From: the human T2T-CHM13v2.0 reference genome, Homo sapiens
Reading direction: 5' to 3' (one strand)
NCBI RefSeq assembly: GCF_009914755.1
Contig: NC_060928.1
Length of the DNA: 64,000 nt
Shown piece by piece: positions 1 through 13,200 of this stretch; the first letter of the stretch is position 1; each line of letters opens with the position of its first letter. A program made the position numbers and the translations under genes. Below the pieces are notes generated by a model, which was not told the origin of the DNA, did no database searches, and saw only the letters and a program-made list of their open reading frames with translations.

Positions 1-230
1 CTCACTGCAACCTCTGCCTCCCGGGTTCAAGTGATTCTCTTGCCTCAGCCTCCCGAGTAGCTGGGATTACAGGCATGTGCCACCATGCCTGGCTAATTTT
101 TTGTATTTTTAGTAGAGATGGGGTTTCTCCATGTTTTTCAGGCTGGTCTCGAACTCCCGACCTCAGGTGATCCACCTGCCTCGGCCTTCCAAAATGCTGA
201 GATTACAGGCGTGAGCCACTGCACCTGGCC
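1..230 (-). mobile_element. Alu (AluS-type), 3' part cut off by window edge
   Basis: Reverse-complement Alu: ...gcctcagcctcccgagtagctgggattacaggc...cctcaggtgatccacctgcctcggcc...gtgagccactgcacctggcc. Confidence 0.95.
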
Positions 231-1813
231 TGCAGTTCTACTATTAACATTAAGTAAAATATCAGACATAGAGAAGTTGGTTTATAGGACTTTATTCTAG
301 GTTCCTTTGTTTATTACAATTATTTGCACTTTAAATTCCTATATATAATTTCACAAAAATCTCTATTTAATTTTTAAATTTAATTATGAGTACAAAATAG
401 TTGTATATACTTATTGGGGATATGCATGATGCTGGCATACATTGTGTAATGATCAAATCAGGGTAACTGGAGTATCCATCACCTCCAGCTTTTATCATTT
501 CTTTGTTTTAGGACTATTCCAATTCTACTCTTTTAGTTATTTTAAAATATACAATAAATTATTGTTAATTACAGTTACCCTATTGTGCTACTGAATACTT
601 GATATTCATTCTATCTAACTCTATTTTGCACCCATTAGTACAAGAGTACCCATTGTACTCCTTATCCCTCACCCTTCCCTATTACACTTCCCAGACTCTG
701 GTAACCATCATTCTACTCTCTGTCTCCAAGAACTCATTTTTTTTTATATAACTCCCACATATAAGGGAGAATACAAAATATTTGTCTTTCTGTCTCTGGG
801 TTATTTTACTTAAAATAATATCCTTCAGTTTCATCCATGGTGTTGCAAAAGACAAGGTTTCATTTTTTATGGCTGAATAATATTCCATTGTATGTATGTA
901 CCACATTTTCTTTATCTATTGATGAACACTTAGGTTGCTTTCATATCTTGGCTATTGTGAATAGTGCTGCAATAAACATAAGAGTGCAGATATCTCTTTG
1001 ACATTCTGTTTCCTTTCTTTTGGATATATACCCAGTGATGGGATTAATGGATAATATGTTAGTTCTATTTTAAGTTTTTTGGGGAATATCTATACTGTTC
1101 TCCATGGTGGTTGTACTAATTTACATTTCTACCAACAATGTAGGAGTCTGTCTCCATATCCTTGCTAGCATTCATTATTATCTTTTTGACAAAAGCCATT
1201 TTAGTTGGAATGAGATATCTCTTTGTCGTTTTGATTTGTTCCTATGATGATTAGTGATGTTGAGAATTTTTTTAAATACCTGTTGGCTATTTGTATATCT
1301 TCTTTTGATAAATGTCTATTTAGATCTTTTATTCGTTTTTAAATTGAATTATTTGGTTTTTTTCCTATTTAGTTGTTTGTGTGCTTTATATATTCTAGTT
1401 ATTAATCCCTTGTCAGATAAGTAATTTGCAAATATTTTCTCCCATTCTGGAGGTTGTCGCCTCACTTTATTAATTGCTTCCTTTGCTGTACAGAAGCATT
1501 TCCACATAATGTGATCCCATTTGTCCATTTTTGCTTTGGCTGCTTGTGCTTTTGGGGTCTTACTCAGGAAATATTTGCCCAGATCAAAGTCCTGGATTGT
1601 TTCCCCAAAATTTTCTACTGGTAATTTTATAGTTTCCAGTCTTAAATTTTTAATCAATTTTGATTTGATTTTCATACACAGGGAGAGATAGGAATCTAGT
1701 TTCATTCTTCTGCATATGGGTATCCAGTTTTCCCAGCATCATTTACTGAAGACATTGTTCTTTTCCCAGTGTATGTTCTTGGCAGCTTTGTTGAAAATGA
1801 GCTGATTATAAAT

Positions 1814-2034
1814 CAATCTTGTCCAACCTGTGGCCTGAGAGCTACATGTGGCCCAGGACAGCTTTGAATGCAGCCCAACACAAATTCATAAACTTTCTTA
1901 AAACATTATGAGATTTTTTTTTTTTTTTTAGCTAATCAGCTATCATTAATGTTAGTGTATTTTATGTGTGCAGCCCAAGGCAATTCTTCTTCTTCCAATG
2001 TGGCCTGGGGAAGCTGAAAGATTAGACACCTCTG
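1814..2034 (-). mobile_element. MER30 (hAT-Charlie MITE) inserted in L1MA ORF2
   Basis: caatcttgtccaacctgtggcc...gctttgaatgcagcccaacacaaattcataaactttcttaaaacattatgag...tcttccaatgtggcctggggaagctgaaagattagacacctctg matches the MER30 consensus (rc). Confidence 0.9.
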
Positions 2035-3920
2035 CAATGCATGAATTTATTTCTGGGTTCTCTATTCTGTTCCATTGGCCTATGTGTCTGTGTTTAGGCC
2101 AGGAGCATACTGTTTTGGTTACTATAGCTTTTGTACTATAATTTATAATAAGGTTATGTCATGCTTCCAGTTTTGTTCCTTTTGCACAGTATGTCTTTGG
2201 CTACTCTTGGTCTTTGTAGTTCCATATAAATTTTAGGATTGTTTTTTATATTTCTATGAAGAATGTCACCAGTATTTTGACAGGGATTGAAATCAATGTG
2301 TAGATTGCATTGGGTAATATTGACATCTTAACAATGTTGATTCTCCCAACCCAGAATATGGAATACCTGGAATTCCAATGGAATACCTTTCCATTTTTTT
2401 GTGTGCCCTCTTCAATTTTTTTCATCACTGTTTTATAGTTTTTATGGTAGAGATCTTTCAGATTCACTTTGGTTAAATTTACTCTTAGGTATTAATTTTA
2501 TTTGTAGCCATTGTAAATGAGATTACTTTCTTGGTTCCCTTTTTAGATTGTTTGCTATTGGCATATAAAAATGCTACTGATTTTTGTATGTTGATTTTGT
2601 AACCTGAAATCCTACTGAATTCACTTATCAGTTCTAATGGTTTTTTTGTGGAATCTTAAGGTTTTTATAAATATGAGAACATATTGCCTGCAAACAAGGA
2701 TAATTTGATTTCTTCCCTTCCAACCTGGATGCCCTTTATTCTACTCTCTTGTCAAATTGCTCTGGCTAGGACTTCCAGCACTAAGTTGAATAAAAGCAGT
2801 GAAAGTGGGCTTCTTTGTCTTGTTCCAGATCTTAGAGGAAATGTTTTCCTATTTTTCCCATTCAGCTGTGGGTTGGTCATATTTGGCTTTTATTGTGTTG
2901 AGGTATGTTTCTTCTACACTCAGTCCTTTGAGAATTTTTGTCATGAAGAGATACTGAATTCTATCAAATACTTTTTGGCACCAATTGAAATGATCATACA
3001 GTTTTTGTCTTTCATTTTGTTGATATGATGTATCCCATTTATTGATGGGTGTGTGTTGAACCATCCTTGTGTTCCTGAAATGAATCCCACTTGATCACAA
3101 ATGATCTTTTTAGTGTTGTTAAATTTGGTTTGCTAGTATTTTGTTGAGGATTTTTGCATCTGTTTTCATCAGAGATACTGTCCTGTATTTTTCTTTTAAG
3201 CTGTGTCTTCTACTGGTTTTGGTATCAAGGTAATACTGACCTCAGAATTAGTTTGGATATATTCTCTCCTGTATTTTTGGAATAGTTTGAGTAAGATTAG
3301 TATTAGTTCTTTCTTAAATGTTTCATCAAATTCAGCAGTAAAGTAATCAGTTCCTGGGTGTTTCTTTGATGGGAGGCATTTAATTACTGCTTCTATCTCA
3401 TTACAATCTTGGTAGGTTGTATGTGTCGAGTTTTTCTATTTCTTCTAAGTTTTCCAACTTATTTGCAAAATGTTGATTATAATAGTCTCTAATAATCTTT
3501 TGAATTTCTGAGGTGTTAATTATAATGGCTTTTTTTCATCTCGGATTTTATTGATCTGAGTGGCCTATCTATTTTGATCTGGCTAAAGCTTTGTTCATTT
3601 TGTTTATTTTTTTCAAAAACTCAACATTTTATTTCATTTACATTTTGAGTTTTTAAGCCTCATTCACAATTACTTCTGCTCTGATCTTTATTATTACTTT
3701 TTATTCTCTATTTTTGGTTGGTTTGCTTTTCTAGTTCATTGAGATATATTATTAGGTTGTTTATTTGAACTTTTTCAACTTTATTGATATAGGCAGTTAG
3801 TGCTATAAAATTCCCTCTTAACAGTGCTTTTGCTGTATCCCATAGGTTTGACATGTTGTGTTTACATTTTCACTCCTTTCAGGAAGTCTTTAGTTTTCTT
3901 CCTCTTCTTCTGTCTCTCTC

Positions 3921-4080
<160 letters not shown>

Positions 4081-4859
4081 TAATTTCCATGTGTTTGTAT
4101 AATTTCCAAAGCTTTTCTTGTTATTGATTTTTAGTTTTGCTCCATTGTGGTTAGAAAAGATACTCAGTATAATTTTAATTATCTGAATTATTTAAGACAC
4201 ATTTTTGGACCTAACATGGTCTATAATTAAGAATATTCCATGTGCTGAGAAGAAGAATGTGTATTCTGCAGCCATTGGATAAAATGCTCTGTAAATATTT
4301 ATGAGGTTCATTTCGTCCATACTGCAGATAGAGTCAGATTTTTTGTTGATTTTCTGTCTGGATGATCTGCCCAATGCTGAAAGTGAGGTGTTGAAGTTCC
4401 TAGCCATGATTATATTGGGGTCTATTTCTCTCTTTAGGTGTAATAATATTTCCTTTATATATTTGAGTGCTAACGTGTTGAGTGCATATATATTTACAAT
4501 TATTATACCCTCTCACTGAATTGATTGCTTTATCATTCCATAATGACCCTGTCTCTTTTTACAATTTTTATCTTGGAATCTATTTTATTTGATATAAGTA
4601 TAGCTATGCCTGCTCTTTTTTGGTTTCTATTTTCACAAAACATCTTTTTCCATCCTTCTACTTTTAGTCTTCTTTTGTTTTAACCTATAAAGATGAAATA
4701 AATTTCTTGTAAACAGCATATAGGCAAGTCTTGTTTTTTTATTCATTTGGCCACTTTACATCTTCTGGTTTGAGAATTTAGTCCATTTACATTCAATGCC
4801 ATTATTGATAGATAAAATTTATTACTGTCATTTTATTTGTTTTCTGGTTGTTTCATTGT

Positions 4860-4952
4860 TTCTCGTTGTCTTCCGTCCTTTTTCTTGCTTCCTTTATTTC
4901 TTCTTTCCTTCCTTCTTGCCTCCTTTCTTTCCTTCCTTCCTGTCTTCCTTTT
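4860..4952. repeat. Degenerate (TTCC/TTCT)n low-complexity tract
   Basis: tttcttgcttcctttatttcttctttccttccttcttgcctcctttctttccttccttcc. Confidence 0.7.
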
Positions 4953-6253
4953 TATAGAAGTGATTTTCTGTGAGAGTATGTTTTAATTTCTTCCTTTCTG
5001 TGTATTGTGTATCTGTTACAGGTTTTTGTTTTGTGGTTGCCATGAGGCTTGCAAAAAATATATTATAACAAATTACTTCAAACAGATGATAACTTAACTC
5101 TGATTATAAAGAAAGGAAAACAAGCAAAGAAGCAAAGAGAACACTAAAAAAAGTCTACTCTTTAATTCCATTCACCCTTCTTTTTGACGTTTGATCGTTT
5201 CTATATGTATCTTTTCATACTCTCTATATCTTAAAAAGTTGTAATTATTATTTTTGATAGGTTTGCCTTTTATTTATTTACTTTTTTTACTAAAGATATA
5301 AGTGGTTTGTTTACACACCACAATTACAGTGTTAGGATAGTCTGTCTTTTTTGTATACTTACTACTACCAGGGAGATTTCTATATTCAGATGATTTCTTT
5401 TTGTTAATTAGCATCATTTTCTTTCTGATTGAAGAACTCCCTTTAGCATTTCTTATAAGACAGGTCTGGTGTTGAAATCCCTCAGCTTTTATTTGTCTGG
5501 GAAAGCCTATTTCTCCTTCATGTTTTAAGGATCATTTTGCTGGACATAATGTTCTAGGTTGGATTTTATTTCCCCTGCACTCTTAATATGTCATCCCACT
5601 CTCTCTTCACCTGTAAAGTTTCCACTGATAAGACTACTACCAGACATATGGGAGCTCTTCTATATGGCATTTCCTTATTTTCTTTTAAAGCTTTTAGTGT
5701 CCATTCTTTATCCTTGACCTTTGACGGTTTTATTATTTTATGGCTTGAGGTGGTTTTATCTCGGTTGAACCTGCTTGATGTTCTATAAACTTACAGGACA
5801 CAAATATTCATCTCTCTCTCTAGGCTTGGAAAGTTCTCTGTTATTATTTCTTTGAATAAATTTTCTACTTTGATCTCTCTCTCACTCTCTCCAATTTCTA
5901 TAAAGCCAATCACTCTTAGATTTTCCCCTTTGAGGCTTTTTTTCTAGATCTTGTAGTTGTGTGTCTTTATTTTTTTTTCTTTTCTGTCTGTGTATTTTCA
6001 TATAGCCTGTCTTCAAGTTTGCTATTTCTTTATGCTTAGTCAATTCTGCTTTTAGGAGACTGATGTATTTTTCAGTTTGTCAATTGAATTTTTAGTTCCA
6101 GAATTTCTGCTTGATTTTTAAAAATTATTATTCCAGTCTTTTTGTTGTGTTTCTCTGATAGAATTCTAAATTCTCTGTGTTATTTTCAAGTTCACTGACC
6201 TTCCTATAGACAGCTATTTTGAATTCTCTGTCTGAAAGGTCACATATCTCTAA

Positions 6254-6613
<360 letters not shown>

Positions 6614-6877
6614 TCCTTTCATATTCTTAATGCTTGTGGACATTTGTCAAGGTCTAGGCATTGAAGAGATAGGTATTTATTTTGATCTTGAGAGTCTGGG
6701 CTTGTTTGTACTGGTCCTTGAAAAGGCTTTCCATGTGTTTAGAAGGGGTTGAGTGCTGTGATCTAAGCCCGTGGTCATTGCATCCATATCAGCACTAGGG
6801 GGCTCCCTAAGCTCAGGAATGCTGCACCCTTAAGGGACTCCTAGAGGGAGCGGCAGGCTTGAGTAAGATAAGAAAGA

Positions 6878-6904
6878 AAATTCGTGAAGCCTTCCGTATT
6901 TTTT
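6878..6904 (+). pseudogene. RNU6: 3'-terminal fragment of U6 snRNA (5' part of a U6/L1 chimeric retrocopy)
   Basis: aaattcgtgaagccttccgtatttttt vs U6 3' end AAATTCGTGAAGCGTTCCATATTTTT (2 mismatches), joined directly to L1 3' sequence. Confidence 0.8.
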
Positions 6905-7020
6905 GGAAACCATCATCCTCAGCAAACTAACACAGGAACAGAAAACCAAACATCGCATGTTCTCACTCATAAGTGGGAGTTGAACAATGAGAACACATGG
7001 ACACAGGGAGGTGAACATTA

Positions 7021-8441
7021 TGAGAGCTGCTGGCAGTCCTCACAGCCCTCGCTCGCTCTCGGCGCCTCCTCTGCCTGGGCTCCCACTTTGGCGGCACTTG
7101 AGGAGCCCTTCAGCCCGCCGATGCACAGTGGGAGCCCCTTTCTGGGCTGGCCAAGGCCGGAGCCCACTCCCTTAGCTTGCAGGAAGGTGTGAAGGGAGAG
7201 GCGCCAGCGGGAGCCAGGGCTGCGCGCGGCGCTTGCCGGCCAGCTGGAGTTCTGGGTGGGCGTGAGCTTGGCGGCCCCGCACTCGGAGCAGCTGGTCGGC
7301 CCTGCAGGCCCTGGGCAATAAGGGGCTTAGCATCCGGGCCAGCGGCTGCGGAGGGTGTACTGGGTCTCCCAGCAGTGCCAGCCCGCCGGCGCTGCGCTCG
7401 ATTTCTCACCGGGCCTTAGCTGCCTTCCCGTGGGGCAGGGCTCCAGACCTGCAGCCCGCCATGCCTAAGCCTCCCACCCCCTCCATGGGCTCCTATGCGG
7501 CGGGAGCCTCCCCAACCAGTGCCACCCCCTGCTCCACGGCACCGAGTCCCATTGACCACCCGAGGGCTGAGAAGTGCCGGTGCACGGCACAGGACTGGCA
7601 GGCAGCTCCACCTGCGGCCCCAGTGCGGGATCCACTGGGTGAAGCCAGCTGGGCTCCTGAGTCTGGTGGGGACGTGGAGAACCTTTATGTCTAGCTCAGG
7701 GATTGTAAATACACCAATCGGCACTCTATATCTAGCTCAAGGTTTGTAAACCCACCAATCAGCACCCTGTGTCTAGCTCAGGGTTTGTGAGTGCACCAAT
7801 CGACACTCTGTATCTAGCTACTCTGGTGGGGCCTTGGAGAACCTTTGTGTCCATACTCTGTATCTAACTAATCTGGTGGGGATGTGGAGAACCTTTGTGT
7901 CTAGCTCAGGGATTGTAAACGCACCAATCAGCGCCCTGTCAAAACAGACCACGCGGCTCTACCAATCAGCAGGACATGGGTGGGGCCAGATAAGAGAATA
8001 AAAGCAGGCTGCCGGAGCCAGCAGTGGCAACCCGCTTGGGTCCCCTTCCACCCTGTGGAAGCTTTGTTCTTTCGCTCTTTGCAATAAATCTTGCTACTGC
8101 TCACTCTTTGACTCCACACTGCTTTCATGAGCTGTAACACTCACTGCGAAGATCTGCAGCTTCACTCCTGAAGCCAGAGAGCCCACGAGCCCACCGGGAG
8201 GAATGAACAACTCCAGATGCACTACCTTAAGAGCTCTAACACTCACCGCCAAGGTCTGCAACTTCACTCCTGAGCCAACGAGACCACGAACCCACCAGAA
8301 GGAAGAAACTCCAAACACATCTGAACATCAGAAGGAACAAACTCCAGGTGCGTCACCTTAAGAGCTGTAACACTCACCACGAGGATCCACGGCTTCATTC
8401 TTGAAGTCGGTGAGACCAAGAACCCACCAATTCCAGACGTA
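7021..8441 (+). mobile_element. LTR12C (ERV9) solo LTR
   Basis: Starts tgagag..tgctggcagtcctcacagccctcgctcgctctcggcgcc; GC/CpG-rich U3; tandem ctagctcagggattgtaaa..ccaatc units; U5 repeats (gtaacactcacc); ends aacccaccaattccagacgta; 4-bp TSD atta at 7017-7020 and 8442-8445. Confidence 0.95.
7690..8090 (+). promoter_or_regulatory. LTR12C enhancer/promoter module: five CCAAT boxes, GATA, TATA-like AATAAAA, downstream polyA signal
   Basis: CCAAT at 7714, 7755, 7796, 7924, 7962; GATA 7989-7992; AATAAAA 7997-8003; AATAAA 8083-8088. Activity is not shown by sequence alone. Confidence 0.7.
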
Positions 8442-10132
8442 ATTACACAGCGGGGCCTGTCGGGGAGTCGGGGAAAAGGGAAGGGAGAGCATTATAACAA
8501 AAACCTAACACATGCCGGGTTTAAAACCTAGATGACGGGTGGATAGGTGTAGCAAACCACCACCGCACATGTATACCTATGTAACAAACTTGCACGTTCA
8601 GCACATATATCCCAGAACTTAAAGTAATTTTTTTTAAAAGAAAGAATTCCCTGGGTTACTAAGGGAATTACTAAGCAAAGGCTCTCACTCCCTTCCCTCT
8701 CTTCCCGCTAATCAGAAGGAATTTCCCTTCCTGTTAGGCTGCCTGGAGTTGGGGGAGGGCAATTCTGTGGCCACCACAGCTGGGAGTGTGCTGGGTAATC
8801 GAGGGCAGCACAGTACTGGGTCTTGTCCAAGGCCCATGATGACTACTACCTGGCTACTGCCGATGTTTATTCCACGACCAGGGGCTCTTTTGTCAGTAGA
8901 TGGTGAATCCAGCCAGAAATGGATCCTTCCCTTCAGGATAGCAGATTCCCTTCTGTCCCAGTGTGGGTCTAAAAATGTCATTCAGGAGCTCAGACCTGGA
9001 ATTAGGGCCTTCAGAAATCTGCCTAGTGCTTTATTTTACTGTAGCTGAGCTGGAAACCAAGTTGCACGACAATGTTTTTGTACTCTTCCCTGTCCATTCT
9101 CCAAGTGAAGAGTCTCCTCCTGAGCTGTACTGGATGGAGTAGGGGGAGGGATGAGATAGGCACTCCTTGGTTGCCACGGCTGGTGTTACAATGGGTCATG
9201 CACAACCCAAGTCCATTGCCCCTGAGACCAGTGCAGCTGGGACCAGGGCTTGCCCAATAACTGTAATCCTATGGCCTGACTGCCTCTCAGATTTATTCTG
9301 GGCCCCAGGCCACTTTAGTCAGTCAGTGATGAAACTGGCAGGGACTTGGTTTTCTCCCACTGGGGCAGGGCATTCCCCTCTAGCCCAGGGCTGGTCTACA
9401 TGCTCCCTCTGTGGCACCAGCAGAATTCTGCCGTGTTGTGCTTCACTGTGACACAGAAGTACCGAGTTCCAATGCAAAATTCCTCACTCATGTGGCTCTC
9501 TCCCCCAAGCACACAGATTGTCTCTCTTCAGGACACTGCCAGGGTAGATGGGAGAGGACTGGTGTAGGCAATGCAAGACTTGTCTTTCCTACCCTTTTCA
9601 ATGCCTTTTTCCTTGGTATTATGTTAAATCAAGATTATGTGATCACTCACCTGATTTTTGCTTCTTATGAAAGTGCTTTTTTGTGTGGATAGGTATTTAA
9701 TTTGGTGTTCCCACAGGGAGATACTTGCAGGAGTATTTAGCCATCTTTCTATACATTTCTCTCTCTTACAATAATATTTGAACCTTGGAAAACATGTTTC
9801 ACTCATTGCTTATCTTTTGAACAAATATATAAGATATTTATTTTCATTTTTTTCTTTCAAATATAATTAGCATTACACAAATTCCCATTGTGGACTTGTT
9901 CAGAAGTACATTGAATATATTTATTTATTTGGGTAAATTGGCATCTTTAGAATTTTTGGTCTTTTTATCCAGGGTTTTGACATGTCTCTGTCTCTTAGAT
10001 CTTTTAGTGACTTCGATAAAGTGGTACTATTTTTATCTTCTAGATTTTTACATAATCGTGCTAGTTTTATTCTTAAGTATTTTATATATTTTTGTTGCCC
10101 GAGTTAGATATATTTTATAATTGTTTACATAT

Positions 10133-10228
10133 TACAATTATTTCACAGTAACATATAGAAATGTTATTGTATTTTATAATTTCTGTATATAGTACAATTA
10201 TTTCACAGTAACATACAGAAATGCTATT
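10133..10228. repeat. Direct repeat of a 36-bp unit, period 60
   Basis: tacaattatttcacagtaacata(t/c)agaaatg(t/c)tatt at 10133-10168 and 10193-10228. Confidence 0.85.
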
Positions 10229-13200
10229 TGTCTTTAGTGTTTTTTTTCCAAATACCTTAGTCAAACATGTTTTAAAATAGCTAACCAAGAGTGTCAGCAC
10301 CACTGAAAAACATAATTTTTCATTTTCCAATTAATTTTGATGCCTACTTAATCATAGGTATTAATAGTATTAATCCTGCATCATAAATTATTTATTTCTT
10401 ATTGTATCTTTACAATGTACTATGGGATTATGGCTCCTTCATTTTATTTTTACGTATTTAATTTCTTTTAGAGAAATAATAAATCACTTTTCCAAATTCG
10501 TAAAATAAAATAAAAAATTATATTTCAGATTGGAATTACATTATTTTTTAAGGACTTACATGGCAAATGTTCAAACTTTCTGTTCTATAATATGCTAAAC
10601 ATTTAATTTCTTTCTTTTTATTATATTTAATATTTGATAGTTTTTTCTTCCTATACAACCCATACTTTTCTGTTTGTGTTTATTCTAATTATTTTATGGC
10701 TATATTTGCTACTGTTAATGAGGGGTTTACCATTATATATTTTGAACTAATCTTTACAGTGAATAAAATTATTAATTTTCATGTTCATTATTTTTCTTAT
10801 ACTCACCTATTACACTAAGCTTTCTTTGCAAATCTAACCATTTTACATTTAAATGCCATGTGTAATTATATATATAATAATAGTTTCTCTATTATTTGAT
10901 TGTTTTTTTTCCAGTTTTTTGCTTTCATACAATAGCTGTATTTTTTAGAACAACATAGATAATAGAGGTAATGTTGGGCATCATCTATTTTTTCATAAAT
11001 TAGTCTGAAAAGTCTCCAATGTGGTGATTATTAATGTGCTAGGGTTACAAAATTCTTTAAAAACTTTACAAGACCTAGGATCCCTATTATTTATTATGAC
11101 ATTAAAAAAACTTGACTGTATTCAGAAAATTCAAATGTGTGTTGAAAACTTTCAAAGAGCATTTACCCTAATTTAGTAGACATAGTCTTTTTTCGTATCT
11201 GAGATTTATGTAATACTATTTTTATTTGAACTTAGAAATATGTAATATAATGAAGCAGATTCATTGTATTATTATCAGAATATACACATATTCTGTATAG
11301 ACATTCTAGAAGAAATAACATTGATGATATTAAAATCTAATGAAAAATGTACTATGGGAATTCTTGAATTAGAAAGTGCATATGCATCTGTTAATATAGC
11401 TTTTAAGTCACTGCTTCATTTGCCAATATTAATATAGGATTCAAGTTTGATCAAATAACTTTGAAGTAACACTATTCAAAATGAATGAAAATAATTAGAA
11501 TATTCCTTATTAGAATATTAATAATATATAAAAATCTCTATTACCTCTATTGGTGCTAATTTAGTATGTAAATAAGCATAATTATATTGACAGTTCTAAC
11601 AAGGGAAAAGTCCATTCAATAGGCACCTTTATGCAGAAATGCATTATAGAGGTCCTATACTAAGGGAAGATACAACATAGAGATTTTTTTAATGGGAAAT
11701 TTTCTGTTGAACTTCCTGAATTCTGCTGTGGATATGATATTGCATACAGTCCTGAAGCTCTGCCATGATTTATCTACACGCACAGTCTGTAGTCTTTTTG
11801 AAGTTATCATCCCAGTTTTCTTTTCAGATATTAAGCATATATTATATTGGTACCAGCATCTTGAGAAGAAATACCTATGTCTTTTGGGTACTTATAATCT
11901 GGCGCAAATACAGCTGTGAAAGCAGAATACATAACAATTAACCGATGCTGTGTTTTCATATTTATATGATTGATCCCTGACTTGGGAGCATGTTTATTAT
12001 GCCTGTCTGAGAAATGCACTTCATTTCTGTCATCTCTCCTGTCTAGCTGTGCTTTCTATCTCCAAATCAATAAACCTTAAAAGTGTGTTGTAATAGTTAC
12101 AGTATGTTTCTCCAGGGAGAAATTGTTGTGTTAGGGTTTTGCCGTTTTTTGACACTATACCAATTTCATTTGACAATGAATTGAAAGTTGAACAGTGCAT
12201 TGAGCCATGCTAGTAATTTAATACTATCCTTGAAATATCATCTTTCAACCTTGACCAGGAAGCCGTTATTTGTGAAAGCTGGCCTATGTTCCTTCTCATG
12301 TCATCAGCTTGGTTTCTTCATAAGAGTGAGGTTAAGAATGCATAGTTTACTATGAACATATTAGGGTCTTGCTATTGTTACTGTCTATAAGGTTTTCAAC
12401 ACTGAATATCTAAGACACCAGAGTGGACAATAATTCTTCATTAATAGTATTAACCATACTTCCACCTCTCCCACAACTGCTTCAATTATCTGGCTAAAAA
12501 CAGAAGACATTTTCTCAAATCTGGGCTCTTCACTATCATCTCTAGGGAACGTCAATAAACTAAGATGCATGTTCTTCAAAGGTGATTAAAAATACTGGCA
12601 AAACTACAGTTAATGCCAAATTTAAATTGTTATACAAATTTCATTGCCTTAATTTTATTGCCCCAAACAGGATTTTTTACTACAGCATCTCACAAGGGAA
12701 ATTTGATGGAATCCGTTCTCATCTTTCAAGATTATATTTCTAAAGACTTCATCTCTGTATCAGAAATTTCAATAAAGAAAGCCTATAACATGAGAAATTT
12801 GATGTAAATATAGTGCATGACTGAAATGATCTAATTGGAGGAACTGATAAACAATTTCTTAATTCTAAAATGAAAATTTCATAATAATTATGAAAATGAG
12901 AACAATTATTATGAAAACTCAAAAATGCCAGGGACCCATCCAAAATCAAGTAATGCCCTTGGAACTATGAAAATGTCAACTGATGGATGTAGAATGAGAA
13001 ATCTGTAACTATTTCTTTCTCAAGAGCTTTCCTTTAGGCCTTAGAGCTCTGCTGAAAGAGGCAAGAATGCAGGAAACACATTGTGAACTGTGAGGAATGT
13101 TTACAATGCAGAATGCTTTTCATGGCCAAATAATTGATGAGAATTTATCTGTCTGATAAAAAATATAAGGTGGAAATTCAAAGTTTTTATAGTGGTATTC

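Larger units (their letters stand above)
6905..8637 (+). mobile_element. Short L1PA (~L1PA8-10) 3' end, split by LTR12C (L1 at 6905-7020 and 8442-8637)
   Basis: ggaaaccatcatcctcagcaaactaacacaggaacagaaaaccaaac...gagaacacatggacacaggga, resuming cacagcggggcctgt...ttaaaacctagatgacggg...cccagaacttaaagta; outer TSD aagaaagaa at 6870-6878 and 8638-8646. Confidence 0.9.

Noticed and set aside
6884-7749. Several GC-rich ORFs of 60-102 aa
   Set aside because: They lie in the L1 3' end and LTR12C U3; GC-rich LTR sequence yields spurious ORFs.
7670-8400. Tandem repeat arrays suggesting a CRISPR-like or novel array
   Set aside because: Normal LTR12 U3 enhancer and U5 repeats in a eukaryotic sequence, with no unique spacers.
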